From: Phoronis australis
Taxonomy: Eukaryota; Animalia; Phoronida
Direction: 5' to 3'
NCBI GenBank assembly: GCA_002633005.1
Contig: NMRA01000240.1
Coordinates: forward strand, 480,690-544,689
DNA: 64,000 nt
Position numbers and translations under genes: made by a program. Below the pieces are notes generated by a model, which saw only the letters and a list, made by a program, of their open reading frames with translations, did no database searches and had not been told where the DNA came from. Numbering within the stretch: the stretch's first letter is position 1; each line of letters opens with the position of its first letter. Shown here in pieces: positions 12,141-25,479 of this stretch.

Positions 12141-12965
12141 ATGTGTCACTATCATAAGTTTCTTGTTTATAATACCATGGTGCTAAATTTGAATATTCGA
12201 ATATTGGAACACACTGGATCATTACAGCCCACGGGATCATTTGGAGCAATTTACTGTATGAGCAGAAAATGCCTTAGTTCACTTAAGATGCTCTTCCCTT
12301 TATTTTTACTAGTTTAAAACAGAAAGTTTCAATTTGTTGTCATATATTACATTCTTCAATGTATTTGACTGTTTTTACAGGTAATTCATAAAAAATTGAA
12401 GTTCAATGCCATTTAGCCATGGCAGTCATTTTGTTGGTGCACCACCAGTGGTCCATGACTCAAGATAGAACTGAATTTGGCCTTACACTCCACATAACTA
12501 TTTCTGAACAATAATTTTAATTTACTTCAGCAAAAGTACAAAGCAGCTGAGAATATACCCACAACTGCTACTTGTTGAGAAAATTTTGTACAAATTATTT
12601 CCAGACAGTGATGACAATAATTACATGGCTAAAACCTTTATTTAGTAATTGTCAAGTTGGACCAAATAGGTGACTTAGGTGTTAAGTCACTTTTCATAGA
12701 ACAGAATCCAGGAACACAGATTTTGAAAATTTCGAATTCGATTCTGGCAATTTTAAAGAAATTTGATTACATATTGAGAGAGCATCTTCATTTGGTAAAA
12801 AGTTGGTTTACAATCAAGTTCCTTTCATGAAGTTTATAGCTGAAAAGCAGAGGAAATAGTCTTTAAAAGAATTATTTTTATGCTTCTAGAGCAGTTTAGC
12901 CCATTCTCTTTTGTGGAATTTTGCATCAACCAAGACAAAACATTTCAAGGCGATGACAAACTTAC

Positions 12966-13040
12966 TGACAAATGGCTCCACCCAAGGCTTTAGGTTCAAT
13001 TTCCCAACACTTGCGGCAGCATTGTAGTAGAATACAGGAT
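12966..13040 (-). CDS. Internal exon of DUF7802-like gene (not in ORF track)
   Basis: tttttgcAG acceptor, A|GTAAGT donor; 75 nt, phase 1 to 1; (Y)PVFYYNAAASVGKLNLKPWVEPFV(T). Confidence 0.9.
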
Positions 13041-13989
13041 CTGCAAAAATAAGCTCATTTATACATCAATGTTATAAAAAAATGCATTATGTGGCGCTGT
13101 TGGCTGCACACCATTGATATAAGATGCTTATAACCACCAATTTCATTTCAAAAACCTCATAAAACACTCCCACTACTCGATTAGCTTTCAAATTAAAACA
13201 CACGCAAACAATACCTAATGACCAATTAATTACCTGATTTCATGTTACAAGCATTTATTCGTCAAAGCATATTGCGTAAAATTGGGACAACCAATCACAG
13301 CATTAGTCATTTCCTTTGTATTTAGAGTGAAAAGTCGGGAGATATTACAGCTCGATTTCCTGTGGTTTATGGCTCAGTAAAGGATGGTGGGAGATTCCAT
13401 TCATAGTGGTTGTTACAACTCAGTATTTGAGCACACTGCACTTTTTTCATTTTCTGCAAAACACCAGAGATGCACATAATGTGGTTAAAATTTGTATAAA
13501 ATACGTGTGTTGCTGGACATAACACACTGGTGCTGGTTAAGTTCACAGGTCACAATCGTGTCCGCAAAGCTAAGAAATTTTCAATTAAAGTCACTGTTCT
13601 TCTATTTTCTTCATTTTGGGATATGCAGTGCTACAAAGGAAGGTTTAATATGGCAGTGATCATAGCTGAGTCGAAAAGTTGAATGTTTTGCAAGGCTTTG
13701 AAAATAAGATAAAATATTTGGCAAAACATAACATAGGCATGCACTTTCCCAATTTATGCAGCTTAAAAAGAAGTTGGGCACGGATGACTACTAAATATGA
13801 TTTTTTTAACTGTACAGTAACTTCTGTAAGGGAAGGATACTCAGGATAAATAGCCATCTTGATACAAAACTGATAATACATCTGGCATTCTTTTGGCAGT
13901 GTGGTAGTCATTGTATAGTTTAAAAGTGAGTTGTGATTAAAACTACGCTTAGCAAATAACATAACAGTCGCTTGGAGTGTGTCATCTTT

Positions 13990-14335
13990 CGGAAAGTGAT
14001 TTGATGGCATACCCAAAGTACGCGAGAGACGATAATGAGTACACCCCGGAAGGCATCAATCATGCAGCATGTTGACTGACTCGTAAACAAACACAAAGAA
14101 CGACCTAACTTATCACAACCGAGGTAAAATAATGACTGACTTGAAAGCTCACATAGACAGACTATATGAAAAGAAAATGGCGTGGAAATTCTTAACCCCC
14201 TAAACGACACTTCCAGAGTAAGGCATGACTCATTTATAAAATTACGGGAAACCATTATTAAAGGAAAAATATGTCTGGCATAATCAAGGAACCGTTTTTT
14301 ACTAAAAATGACGTGAAAAATGGCTGCCTTCTTTT
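13990..14335. mobile_element. Kolobok-like non-autonomous element, copy 2 (uninterrupted)
   Basis: Shares blocks such as GCATACCCAAAGT..GAGACGATAATGAGTA, GACTGACTCGTAAACAAAC and AAAATTACGGGAA with copy 1; ends at TTAA 14336-14339. Confidence 0.65.
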
Positions 14336-14351
14336 TTAAGTAAATACATAC

Positions 14352-14522
14352 AGAATAAAACAATATGAAGCGGTAATCTGCCACCAAGAAAGATGACTGA
14401 ACTCTGGCCATGCCAAAAGTTGTCAATGTGCTCAGGCAGGAAATAGCTGAGGGACTCAACTGTGAGACCATGGAGAATAGAGGCGAACCATAGGAACAGA
14501 TAGCGTCCTCCACACCTGGCAG
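14352..14522 (-). CDS. Internal exon of DUF7802-like gene (frame differs from listed ORF 13920-14540)
   Basis: tttttgttacAG acceptor, T|GTATGT donor; 171 nt, phase 1 to 1; (A)ARCGGRYLFLWFASILHGLTVESLSYFLPEHIDNFWHGQSSVIFLGGRLPLHIVLF. Confidence 0.9.
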
Positions 14523-14889
14523 CTGTAACAAAAACAACAACTACAGATGAGACGGAATGATGACAAAGTATGCAAGATTTCTCAATTTAGACATATATTA
14601 AGTTGAACATAAGTCATCCAGTGTATAAAACATAGGAAAAATATAAATATGTACAGGTCTTACTTGAGAAAAAAACAGCAACTGCTGGCGAAACCTTGTC
14701 ATTTCCTTCACAAGAAAGTCCAGCACAGACTTATAATTTTTCCTATACCAGACATATAAGGTGCTTGAACTAAAATTTGTTACTACACAGACACTGGAAT
14801 CAGACAAAAAGTAAAGAGTGACATACACATGGAAGAACTCTACCATAATATGCACTAAACATTTTGGTCATGAAATTTTCTTGTAACAA

Positions 14890-15093
14890 TGTCACATTCT
14901 TTTTAAGACCATTCAACTTCCAAACAAAAAAGTACAATTTGAGCTTTTTGGTAGATATTTTGTGCTTGGGTATCCCCTTGGGTGCGTAAACGAAACATCT
15001 GACCGCATGGGGGAAAGTGGTTCTCAAACATTATAAAAGTTCAAATTGTGCTTTTTTGTTTGGAAGTTGAATTGTCTTAAAAAGAATGTGACA
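14890..15093. repeat. Foldback: ~60-bp inverted arms with ~85-bp spacer
   Basis: TGTCACATTCTTTTTAAGACCATTCAACTTCCAAACAAAAAAGTACAATTTGA versus TCAAATTGTGCTTTTTTGTTTGGAAGTTGAATTGTCTTAAAAAGAATGTGACA. Confidence 0.85.
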
Positions 15094-15877
15094 ACAGCCG
15101 AGAGAGCAAAATATCCACCCAAATTTGTTTGGCCTTCAAATGAGAGAACTTCCTCAAGTACAGTGAGTGAACTTCCCATCAGAGATCTGACATTACAACA
15201 GCGATATTTGGTTCTATTTAGGTTGCAATGTCACCAACACAAGGTAAACGTTATCGATTAGCTAACATCTGTTCAATGTTTAGTTGGAAATCTGATGTTT
15301 AGAACACTTTGGTTGGTCGTCACGATCACAAGACGTCAACGCAACATTAATGCCCTGACATTAGTTTGATTTTGGAATTCTGACATCCAGATGTCATAAC
15401 TTTTGCTCATCTTGAACACCACACACTTTACAATCCATCCCAACACAAACTATGACATTGGAAAAAATCATAAATTTGTCAATCTTCAAATGTAACACTG
15501 ACACACACGTTGACAAAATGTAATTATAGTGACTGTCAAGTTTAGTCTGCAAATTTGTATTCATTTGCAAAGGATAATCTCACTCGCTCAAAAAATCTCA
15601 AAATGATAAAATGTAAAACTGGGATCTTATAAAATTAAACACCCATACAATGCATATTAGGTCAAGGCAAAAAATCCAAATTTAAACTGAAATGAATCAA
15701 GATAGTAGACGTGAATTTTCATACTGAAGCAGTCAGTGAAATCATTTCAGTCCGTAGTGCTATTTTGTGTAATTAGAAATAAAGGGTTGCCCCCCAAAAA
15801 ACATGAACCAAGACAAAAGTTTTCAAAGATAGTGCAGTGTGGACTAAAATTTTTTTGTGCTCTGGCCTGTGACTTAC

Positions 15878-15992
15878 CGTGTTTTAGTGACAGAAGTGCA
15901 AGCACATAAGTCACATATTCGAGACCTAAATATGTTGGTTGTTCTTCATAAATTTCTCTGGGATCTCGAAAGGAAACAATCCAGTTTGCAAA
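15878..15992 (-). CDS. Internal exon of DUF7802-like gene
   Basis: aaatttcAG acceptor, G|GTAAGT donor; 115 nt, phase 0 to 1; FANWIVSFRDPREIYEEQPTYLGLEYVTYVLALLSLKH. The seven exons total 1179 nt = 392 aa + stop, with no internal stops. Confidence 0.88.
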
Positions 15993-18069
15993 CTGAAATT
16001 TGAAGCAAGAATAAGTTGTTAGCCAGTAAAACATTTTTAAATAACAAGGATGGACAATCTCATACGACAAACACTTGGCTGCAGACGGAGGTTCTGGAAA
16101 ATCATAAAATATGCGACTGAATCATTTCTTTCAAAAATGGATGTTTAAGACTTTTGATTTATCCATTGGTCACCTGATTTCATTGACAAAGCTAGCTTAA
16201 ATGCATCCAAGAGAGATCTGTGAATGAGCAACTGCATGACATGATCTCAAGAATATGAGCTATCAGTTCAATAATACTACAATAGAAGCTTACGAGCAAA
16301 AAAACAACATGAAGAAATCAAACAATAAATTTATGCTTTCCTACTGTATACCAGCCAGACTCCATCAGGAAATAAAAACTGCAGCCAAGTCTCAGAGCTG
16401 AAATCCTGTCTTATTTGGCAATCCAATTACTCATCTCTGTTGTTAACAAGAGATCTTGAATCTAAAACACAGGACTGGCAATGGTTATACTAGATGACCA
16501 ATGAGTTGACACTATTTACATGATACAAACAATCAAACCTTTTGAAGCTACCTCCCATAACAGCATGTTTTTTTAAACTGTGCCAATACAACCCTCATAC
16601 AACTCATGAGCAAAATGTCTGGCCCACTTTGGTATGCAATAATCAACATTTTGAAAATATATCTTGAAGTGCTTAATGAAGAAAGTAAAAAAAAAATATG
16701 AGATTGAAAATTGAATGTCGTACCAGAAGGCTGTTAGACAGTTTTGACATTTGACCTCTGGTTTGACCTTCAAAATGACCCCACATCAACAAAAAACAAA
16801 ACATCAGAAATAGACTCCCCATCACAGAAAATGGTACACATAGTGTATTACATGACCCTGTAAGTCATCAACTTGAAACAAAACAAAGTGTGCCAAAATT
16901 CAAAATGGCACCATCCACCAGTTTGAAAATTTTGCAAACAATGGTTGAAAGTTGCACAAAGTGCAACCAAGCTAATATTGTTCTCCTGATCATACTTAAT
17001 ATATGTCAACAAAATAACTGCACAGTAATCAGCATTGCATGTTTCACTATGGGCGCTAGTAGGCTATTCTTGACATACGCAACCATAATTACATACTCGA
17101 ATTGTTATGTTAACACCTTTTCCTGCTTATTGGTGTTTTTCCATATTTTCCCTAATTCCATTTCACATGCAAAAAGAAAAACAACATGCAGAGCCTTTCT
17201 GATATTTACTCAGACACTGCAGCATACTAGACCCACTTGATGCTCCATAATTTGCATTTTGGAATGCTAAGGCAACTATGCACGATTTCAAGTGATTCGT
17301 TTGTGGCCTTGAAAATTGTAAATAAAAAAGGCGCAGTTTTCTGACTTGACAAGTACATGCTTGCTCCACATGTTCTTAGGTGAGTGAGCCTCTGCAGCGT
17401 CATTCTTGCATGTGGACCAATGGACCAAAGAACAATTGCCCGCAAGTGAGCAACTCCAAGGACCTGGGATTGTGGCAGGCAGTATAATGTGTATAATAGG
17501 GTTGGTGCCAGTGCATGTTTCAATTTTCTGGTATGGATTTGGGACACTTTTTCACCATTTTGATATAAATTTTGGTTGTCAGTTCAGATTAAGTGGGTAT
17601 AAAAATGCGAGTGAAAGGCAAGTACTTCACAAATATGCAATGGGATATCTTACTAGCGTATGCATCACCCTAGAGCAAAATGAATGGAAGGAACTGGGGT
17701 GTAGACATAACTGCAAAATTTGCAGCTGTCTCCCTCCATAGAGACATTGTCGATTTTTACCTTAAACTTGTTAGATAGAATATTGTTATGTTTATGTATA
17801 CTAACCTTAAATTTTGCATTTAGCATCAGTGTACCAATGATTGACAATATACCCACGATTGACACCCTTACAATTTTCCTTTCATGTACAAGTATTTAAT
17901 GGTCCTACCTGATACACTGAATTCTGTTCAAGTGTCAGATGCAAACACCTTGCACTGAACTAGCGACATAAGTTCAAAATCTTGTTTTTTGAACACAGAG
18001 CAGCAGCATCAGATACCAGAGAAGTTTGTACTCTTGAAATTTTGAAAATTTGAATCAATATTCGAAGAC

Positions 18070-21000
18070 ATATGATGAGGACAACTATATTCATTTTGAA
18101 TTAACATATTTATATATTTAATTGTAACTCACTGATCTCTCATAAATCCAACTATGAAGGCAGCCACCTATCCCTATCTACATAACACTATTCCAGAGCG
18201 GGTTCTAACTTCGGCTCCATCATTCTGCTCCCCTACAGATTCACTGTCAGGATCTTTGATAAGAGCACATTTTGCCTGTACGCATGTACATGTTTCCATT
18301 CGCTGTAAGCAGTGGTGGGTCACTGTGATCTTGGGTCACGTCTTCCTTTATACCTTCATCCAGACTGCGGATGGGTCGCAGGTGACATCTATTGAGGTGT
18401 ATGTCTCGACCACCCTGGGTGTGTAGCAAGTAGCAACAGTCATCGTGACTAACAATTTTTGCTGGAGACCACTGCTCGTTTCCATGATCCAGAACGCGGA
18501 ATATACTTTCCTAATAATTGGGGAACCATTATCCATCAATTTCTTTGGGTGCCCCTAGCATACTGAATGCCTCTTTCGTAGCTTTAATGACAATGTCGCT
18601 TGAAGTGGAGGAGAGTTCTTTCATAAATGGGTAACGGCTGAAGTAATATGAAATAAGCAAGTAGTGGCGATGGTTAACTTCAAACAGATTACCCCCAACT
18701 TTTAACCACGGGGCACCAGAGCTCTCGTGCATGACCATAGGTTCTTTGGGTTGACAGTGCTCGAGTTCTTGGCAAAATACACACCATCGACAAACGTTTT
18801 CGATGGCGCTACTAATTCTCGGCCAGAAAATGCTTTCCCGAACCAGACGTCTTATCTGTGCCCTGGTGTCCTTCATGCAGTTGTTTGAAAATTTCACTCC
18901 TGGCGGTTTCCAGTATGACAACTTGTTTGCATTTTAGGACAATACCGAGACAGGTTGTCCCTGTATGTCCAGTAGTCTCGCAACTGCAGGTGAACATCTT
19001 GCTGTGTGGCTGGCCAACCAGTGAGGATGACACATCTGAGCTTACTAAGGATCAAGTGATTGTTTGTTTCCGCTTAAATCAGATTCTGTCTTGCACCAGA
19101 AAAGTTCTGTAAGATTGAAGTAATGTTGACAGCATCTGTTGCTATTTACTATCGGCATAACTGTCAAGGTTGACCTCTCTGTGTTTGTTCTGATTTGGTA
19201 ATCTCGATAAGGCATCTGCCAGTATATGTCTTTTCGAGGGTGATAAAGGACAGAGAAGTTGCACCCCTGCACTTTAACCATCATCCGCTTGAGTCGCGGA
19301 GGCTGTGCATACAGGTTTTCGGAAGATCGTTTCCAAGGGCCTGTGGTGTGATAACTGTTAAGCGTGTGCCATACGGGTACTGTCAGAATTGCTGAATGCC
19401 CTGCATCACAGTCAAACATTCACATTACTATAATTGCCTTGCACTATCGTAGAGCATTGTTGGCGAAAGCTATCGGTTGTTCTTTTTGTATCAGAACTGC
19501 CCAAAGGCCCTTACTGGATGCATCCATTTCTTGCGTTGAAGGACAGAATGGGTCATAGTAGCTCAGTCCTGTTGTTTTAACTACCAGCTCACTCCATTCG
19601 AATGGTGTGTCTTCAGCAAATTACGTAGGATTGACATGGGTTCCGAGAACCTGGGAAGGTGAGTAGACAGGAAAGTCACCATGCCAAGGAAGTGTTGGAG
19701 GGCATGTTGATGATGTCTTCTACTTTGGCATGATCAGGAAAGACGCTCTCGTTGGCATTCCGTTTGTCTTGACTATGCATTTGTTTTGAAAAACTGGATG
19801 AGCCGTATGTCGCCACAATGCAATATTGTAACTAATACCAACGCATCCTTCACACTGGTCTAAGATAGCATCCATACGACTATGAAAGATGTCTTCAGAG
19901 AGGCCAAAAGGCAGTGCCATGAAGCAGTATCTCCTAAATGGGGTGCAAAAAGTAGTGAGTACTTCCGAAGAGACTTCAGTCAGACACACCAATAAGCAGC
20001 TTTCGCATCTAACTTGGTTTGCAAATGTCGGTGTTACCACTTCAACTGTTGATATCGTGTGGGGCATCATTTCAAAGCTTGATTTAACCTCCTGGGGTCT
20101 AGACAGGCATGTAGACTGCCATCCTTCTTCACAATGTAGGTTAGGAATGAACACCAATCGGTGTGGTGAGTGGCCTTTCTGATGATGCCTATTTCCTCCA
20201 TCTTCGCAAGCTCATCTTATTTTTGAGAGAAGATTGATGAAATGAGTGCGGGGTCGGTCAATATGTGGGTGTTGCATCATCTTTGAGATGTAACTCAGGA
20301 TCACAAAAAATTTTCCAATTGCAACATCATGCTGGAACGTGTCAAATGCTATATGACTAATTGTGATCGTGTAGCTAGATTTTGGAGTAAACAGCGTGGC
20401 TTCCGTCATCAGAATCGATGCTGTAGTTTTCTAGTCACTACGTGCTGATAATTTTGTTACTCTGACGTCTTTGGTTGTACAAAGCATAGCATTTATGGTG
20501 TTGGTTGGGGTTGACCTGAGGTCTTCATCTCTGTTTCTTGCGCTGTTTGCCAATGGCCTTGAAATCCACAGTGGCAACACATATCATTGTATGTGTCTGG
20601 TGGTGAAGGCCACAACTGGCAATTGGGCGACGTGACAGCTTTATTTCATCAATACCTGCAGAGCTATGGTTATTCATGCTCTTGAGAGACTGTTGGGATG
20701 CCTTAATGGCCTCATGTTCGCACCCTCGTCTAATGACAGCCGTGATCGAGTAGCCTTTTGTTGCAGACAGAAGCTCCTTTCTGAAGTCGTTGATAGGAGT
20801 GGACATAACGACCATTTCAATGAGCCTTTCATTCAGCTCATTGTTTTCACACATTTAGTTACTTTCTCTCGTAGGCTTGACACAAAGTCTGTGATGTTTT
20901 CATCATCTCGTTGGCGCATGTGGACTCTAAAATTTATCTTAACACTGGCATCGACCTGTCCTTCAAAGAGTTTCCAAAGTTTTGCTGGATTTTTCATATT

Positions 21001-21622
21001 GGCGTCGCTTAGCCCTGATGCCAGAAGGCGGCACATACCCTCGTCACCAAGACCAAGTTTGATTTTAGTGGTCTGTTTTGCTGAATCACTGATGTCAAGG
21101 TCCTCAAGATATAAGTTCCTAAAGGCCTGAATGACTACACCAGAGCGTCATGGCCCCATTTTATGAAGGGCATTTCCGTGCCGTATGCCATGGTTGTAGT
21201 TAGAAATTGTTACCATTTTTATCTATTTGATGTTACAAGGTCGATTAGGGACGTCCAGGTGCTTTGGTAAGTATGAGCAGCATTGAAATGGACTGTGGAA
21301 ATTGGACACTGAACACAGAATGTCCCCGGAGAAAGTGAGGTTCAAGCACACATAACGGCATTCACACACTATAGCAACTGACAGTCCCCGTTAGCGAACA
21401 TTCAGTCATGCCACAAGCACTCCAATACGATAAGAAGTCAGAGTTCATTACAATGGAAGCAGTCCAGTTTACCATTGCCACCATGTAATATGACGAGGAC
21501 ACCTATATTGGCTTAATATATAGATATTTAATTGTAACTCACTGAGCTCTCATAAATCCAACTAAGACAGCAGCTGACATCTGGCTAACAGCGTCACCTA
21601 TTGCTATCTACATAACACTACA
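18070..21622 (-). mobile_element. Ty3/Gypsy LTR retrotransposon, decayed and internally deleted
   Basis: Direct repeats 18070-18190 and 21484-21622 (TGTAGTG...TATTACA on minus); PBS-like TGGTGGCA after the 5' LTR. Order: gag (20525-21190), RT (YCFMALPFGL.SEDIFH), RNase H, integrase (LHEGHQG, IFWP, CxxC, PWLKVG, DNGSP), all frameshifted. Confidence 0.9.
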
Positions 21623-24600
21623 ATAGTATGTGAATTAGATTATTTAAAATTCCTAACCAATTAATGGGTATCCATAACTGTTAAATAAAGTGGTTATAAA
21701 CTCCCTTTCTATCTCAAAAACGACTTTTGATTTAGATCTCATTTAGAATTACGAAATTGGTCTCAAAGTATTCTCAGTCAAATTGAAGGACTGAAATAAT
21801 TGACAGTTTCTGATTGCTAGACACCAGGTTCCATAATTTGGCTTATGGAGCAAACATGGTCTAAAGGATTTAACAAACTGTTCTTTGCAAATCCAGAACA
21901 AAATGACATACGTTGCAAAATTTTGGTTCAGTATGTATATTGGGCAAGTGTGAGACTTTACATTTAAAGTAAGGCACATAACTGCAAAATTTAAGTTCCG
22001 TTTCAGGTATTCTGGATACTGAAAAACTTAATACCAAAATTATGCCCTCCTCTGTATAACTGCAAAATTTGCAATTGTTTTATATTCACCCCCAACAAAC
22101 TTTACTTGTGGAGAATTTCTCCCTTACACTGGTCACTGCTCTGATTCCCTAAGTCCCAGACAACTTTTAGGATGCCTATTCAACACGCCCTTTGTATTGA
22201 TCTAGATCTGAGCTAATGAAGTGGAAAGGTAATAGCTAGCACTACTTCCTTAACAATGGTGGTTATTATTACACCCAAATTGTTTTCTCTGGCATTTGCA
22301 CAGAGTTAAAGCCTGCAATGTGAAGAGCAGTTTTAACTTGGTACATGTTAAATATTACAAAAAGATAAAGGGTCACTTCTCAAAGAAAAATAAACAGTCA
22401 CGCCATAAGGCGGGATCAGGGAGGAATGAGTTAAGTTTCATACCAGCTTTCGTTATTTTATTTTAATACTCTTGTCTACTTGTTTTTTTTCTTACCGATT
22501 AGGGTTCCTATCTTTTTATTTTTTTGTTTAAACGAAGTATCAAAACAACTTAGAAGTCAGTTAGTTGTGAACCCATCCCTGAATTTTCCAGATTACAGCT
22601 ACACCAAACATGTCACAGCAAACAAGACTACACATGCCATTAGTTCATATTCAATCTTTATTAGAACTCAATTCATAAAATATACACGAAAGTGCAAATA
22701 TGGTGATAGCCAAACTGAGTAAAGTATTTCAGCATGCACTGGGCACTGGGCCATAAGCGACGTTTTAAAAATTATTGACATCTAATTTAGTCACTGTGTG
22801 TTGTTTATAGATGTTTCAATGTAGCTTAGGTGTATACTGAAAAGAATAATCCACGTGATATTGTTAACTGTGATCAGCGTTTGTTAATCACCGAGTAGTA
22901 TATCAATACGCATAGTCGTTTATCTTCAATCATACCCAATGTTTGTAGTTTTTAGCTTAATATCGATTCTTAAAAATCGAATAGCAAAACTTGATTTTTT
23001 CTTTCATCTGAATACAGCTGTGATATTTGTTTTCAATGAAAACCGTCGGTTAATGCAATCAGCATTTTGAAAATTTGTCAGTATATACAGGCAGAGATGT
23101 TTAGTAGGTCAGTATGGTCGGGTAATTACACTTAATTAGGTCTTGCTCCCACCGTACAATGCGGTCATCCCAAATGAGTCCGACTCTGGTGCCGCACTCT
23201 CTTTGATCCCGGTATAAGGGAAGGATGAGCAGTGAAAGTCACACATATCTTTAGAAATGTGTGACTTTCGTGAAAGCGTATTATTCATGGCATGAATGTG
23301 AAGGTCACAGAATGTTGGAATGGTTAAGTCAGTTGAAAGAATTCACTGCATGTCCCTGATTGGTACTAAGGCAGAGGTTTTTTGGTGCAAATTCATCTTG
23401 CGACAGTCCACAAATCAACCTAAGTTTGCACTGGTCACTCACTCCTATCAACAAGACAGTGCCACGGTAGTATCTACTAGCAGACAGTGGCCATCTCATG
23501 GGTCCTTCATATGGCAAGCTTTTCAGTGAATTATGCCTCACACTGATTGAAACCATCACAGTCACGTTGTACGTACATGTCATATGCTTCGGTGGCGCGT
23601 GCAGTGTAAAAATGGGTAGCCAATTTGGGCAACAAACAAAGGACTGCTGATTACAGGAGTATTTGTTTGAGTTGGAAGGAATTAAGGACATTGACGACCT
23701 CCTAACATGACCCTCAAAAAGTACTTACAGCAACGTGACTTTGATGATGGTTAAATCAGTGCGAGGCATAAATAATTCGCCGAAAAGCTTCAGGGGTGTG
23801 AAGGCCCCGTATCATGGAAGCACCAGCGTCTCTACAAGGGCGGCGCACCCTAGGGGGCTGGGAGGCTGTAGCTACCCACTGTTTTCAGTGCTTAGCCGCC
23901 CATGGGCTATGGACGATGCACCACAGAGGAGCTGGCCGGGGGGCTAGAGCTCCCACTTTTTTCAGTGTTGCGCCGCACATGTCTACTACTACTGGTAGGC
24001 CTACTAGTAGAGAAGGTGGTCACTGTTTAACGTCTCCTCTCTCGCTTCGAGGACCCTGATTCAAATGACTAAGTTACCATTGCTTCTTCACCAGGACGTC
24101 CCATCTTAGATAAGCCCTACTCAACTCGTATTTAACCAGCTTCGGCGGTCCAGTACACAGTAAACAGCCAGGACGACTCAGCTCAAAGTCTGTGTCCCAT
24201 ACACATGCGCCCCCAAACGGACCCAAACCCAAGTGCTGTAATGATCATAGATAATCCGAGACTGTCCTTGATCGAATACATCAGTGGTGTGGTCAGTGGC
24301 AGTCGTAGCCAACTTGTTTGCCATTTGGCATTTCCAAAATGCACCATGTCGTTTATAGCGCAGTGAGAAGCTCAGTGAAGGAGAGACACCAACTGGTTTC
24401 AAAAACTTCAAAACTTGTGACTCCCACAGCCTCAAACGACCAGCGTGCGCAACTGAGGAGTTACTCCGGCCCTGCAGATATAAGTAGTGCTCTGTGTACC
24501 CAAAAATGTTGAAAAAAAACTCTTATGGCTACCACGTCTGCTAATTAAACCGTCAGATTCACTATTTTTTGAATGACACAGACGAAATATAAACTCTTCT

Positions 24601-25479
24601 CCGCCCCTAATAATTATACATGTATAGGCCTACAGTGCGCACATGAGATCAACTGAGAAGTCGGAGTGGCTGCATCGTTGGCCAAATGAGCCAACGTTCA
24701 GCAGGTAGATTACGTGCGTAAGTTAATTCTTGTAAGAGGCGAAAAGTAATTATTTGCGGTTAAAGTAATTATTTGTGGCATTAAGTAATTATGTGCAGCG
24801 TTTGCGGCGTGTTTGGGTGTAAATTAACTTTTACGGCGTAAAATAATTGTTTGCAGCGTAAAGTAAATTTTAACGCCGCAAATACTTACTTTACCCCGTA
24901 ACGTAATAATGACTTTACGCCGTAAAGTAATAATTACTTTACACCGTAAAGACAAATGACGAAGTGGCGGCCATTTGAGACAGATCGTTGAAACTGAAAT
25001 TTGAAACTAAAGGGGAAAGCTCTTTGACATGATCAGATATTCAAACTTTTTACGAACAAGCCACAAAAATTCCTGGTGAACAGTTTGACTTTTGTTTCAG
25101 TAGCAGATATCCATTTCAAATAATCCAATTTCACTTTCTATGCCATTTTAAGTAGTTCTGTTTTCTTCTCTTCTTTACTCATTGGTTTAAATGCACGACT
25201 TTACAGCCGATCTCCACCTATTGTGATTAGAGACCACAGATTCCCAATCTGTGCGACGTTGATGTTTCCCATCTTCTCATAGCACACTGACTACGGTCTT
25301 TGTAACGTCAAGCATGTGCCTTCCTGTGGGTCTGGTTCCAGTGGCAAGCACTCCATCAAATATATGCTTTGGCATTCTCAGTCGTCTATTAGGAATCTAC
25401 ATGTACGTGGCTGGCTATGCAGGGGCTACAACACTCCCCATCCCTTCTGTATAATTTAAACGGATGGTAGGCCGCTAAA

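Noticed and set aside
13920-14540. 206-aa ORF
   Set aside because: Wrong frame over the real exon (14352-14522) plus transposon sequence.
24178-24435. Alternative first exon (MANKLATTATDH...) for the membrane protein gene
   Set aside because: No convincing phase-0 donor before the stop codon.
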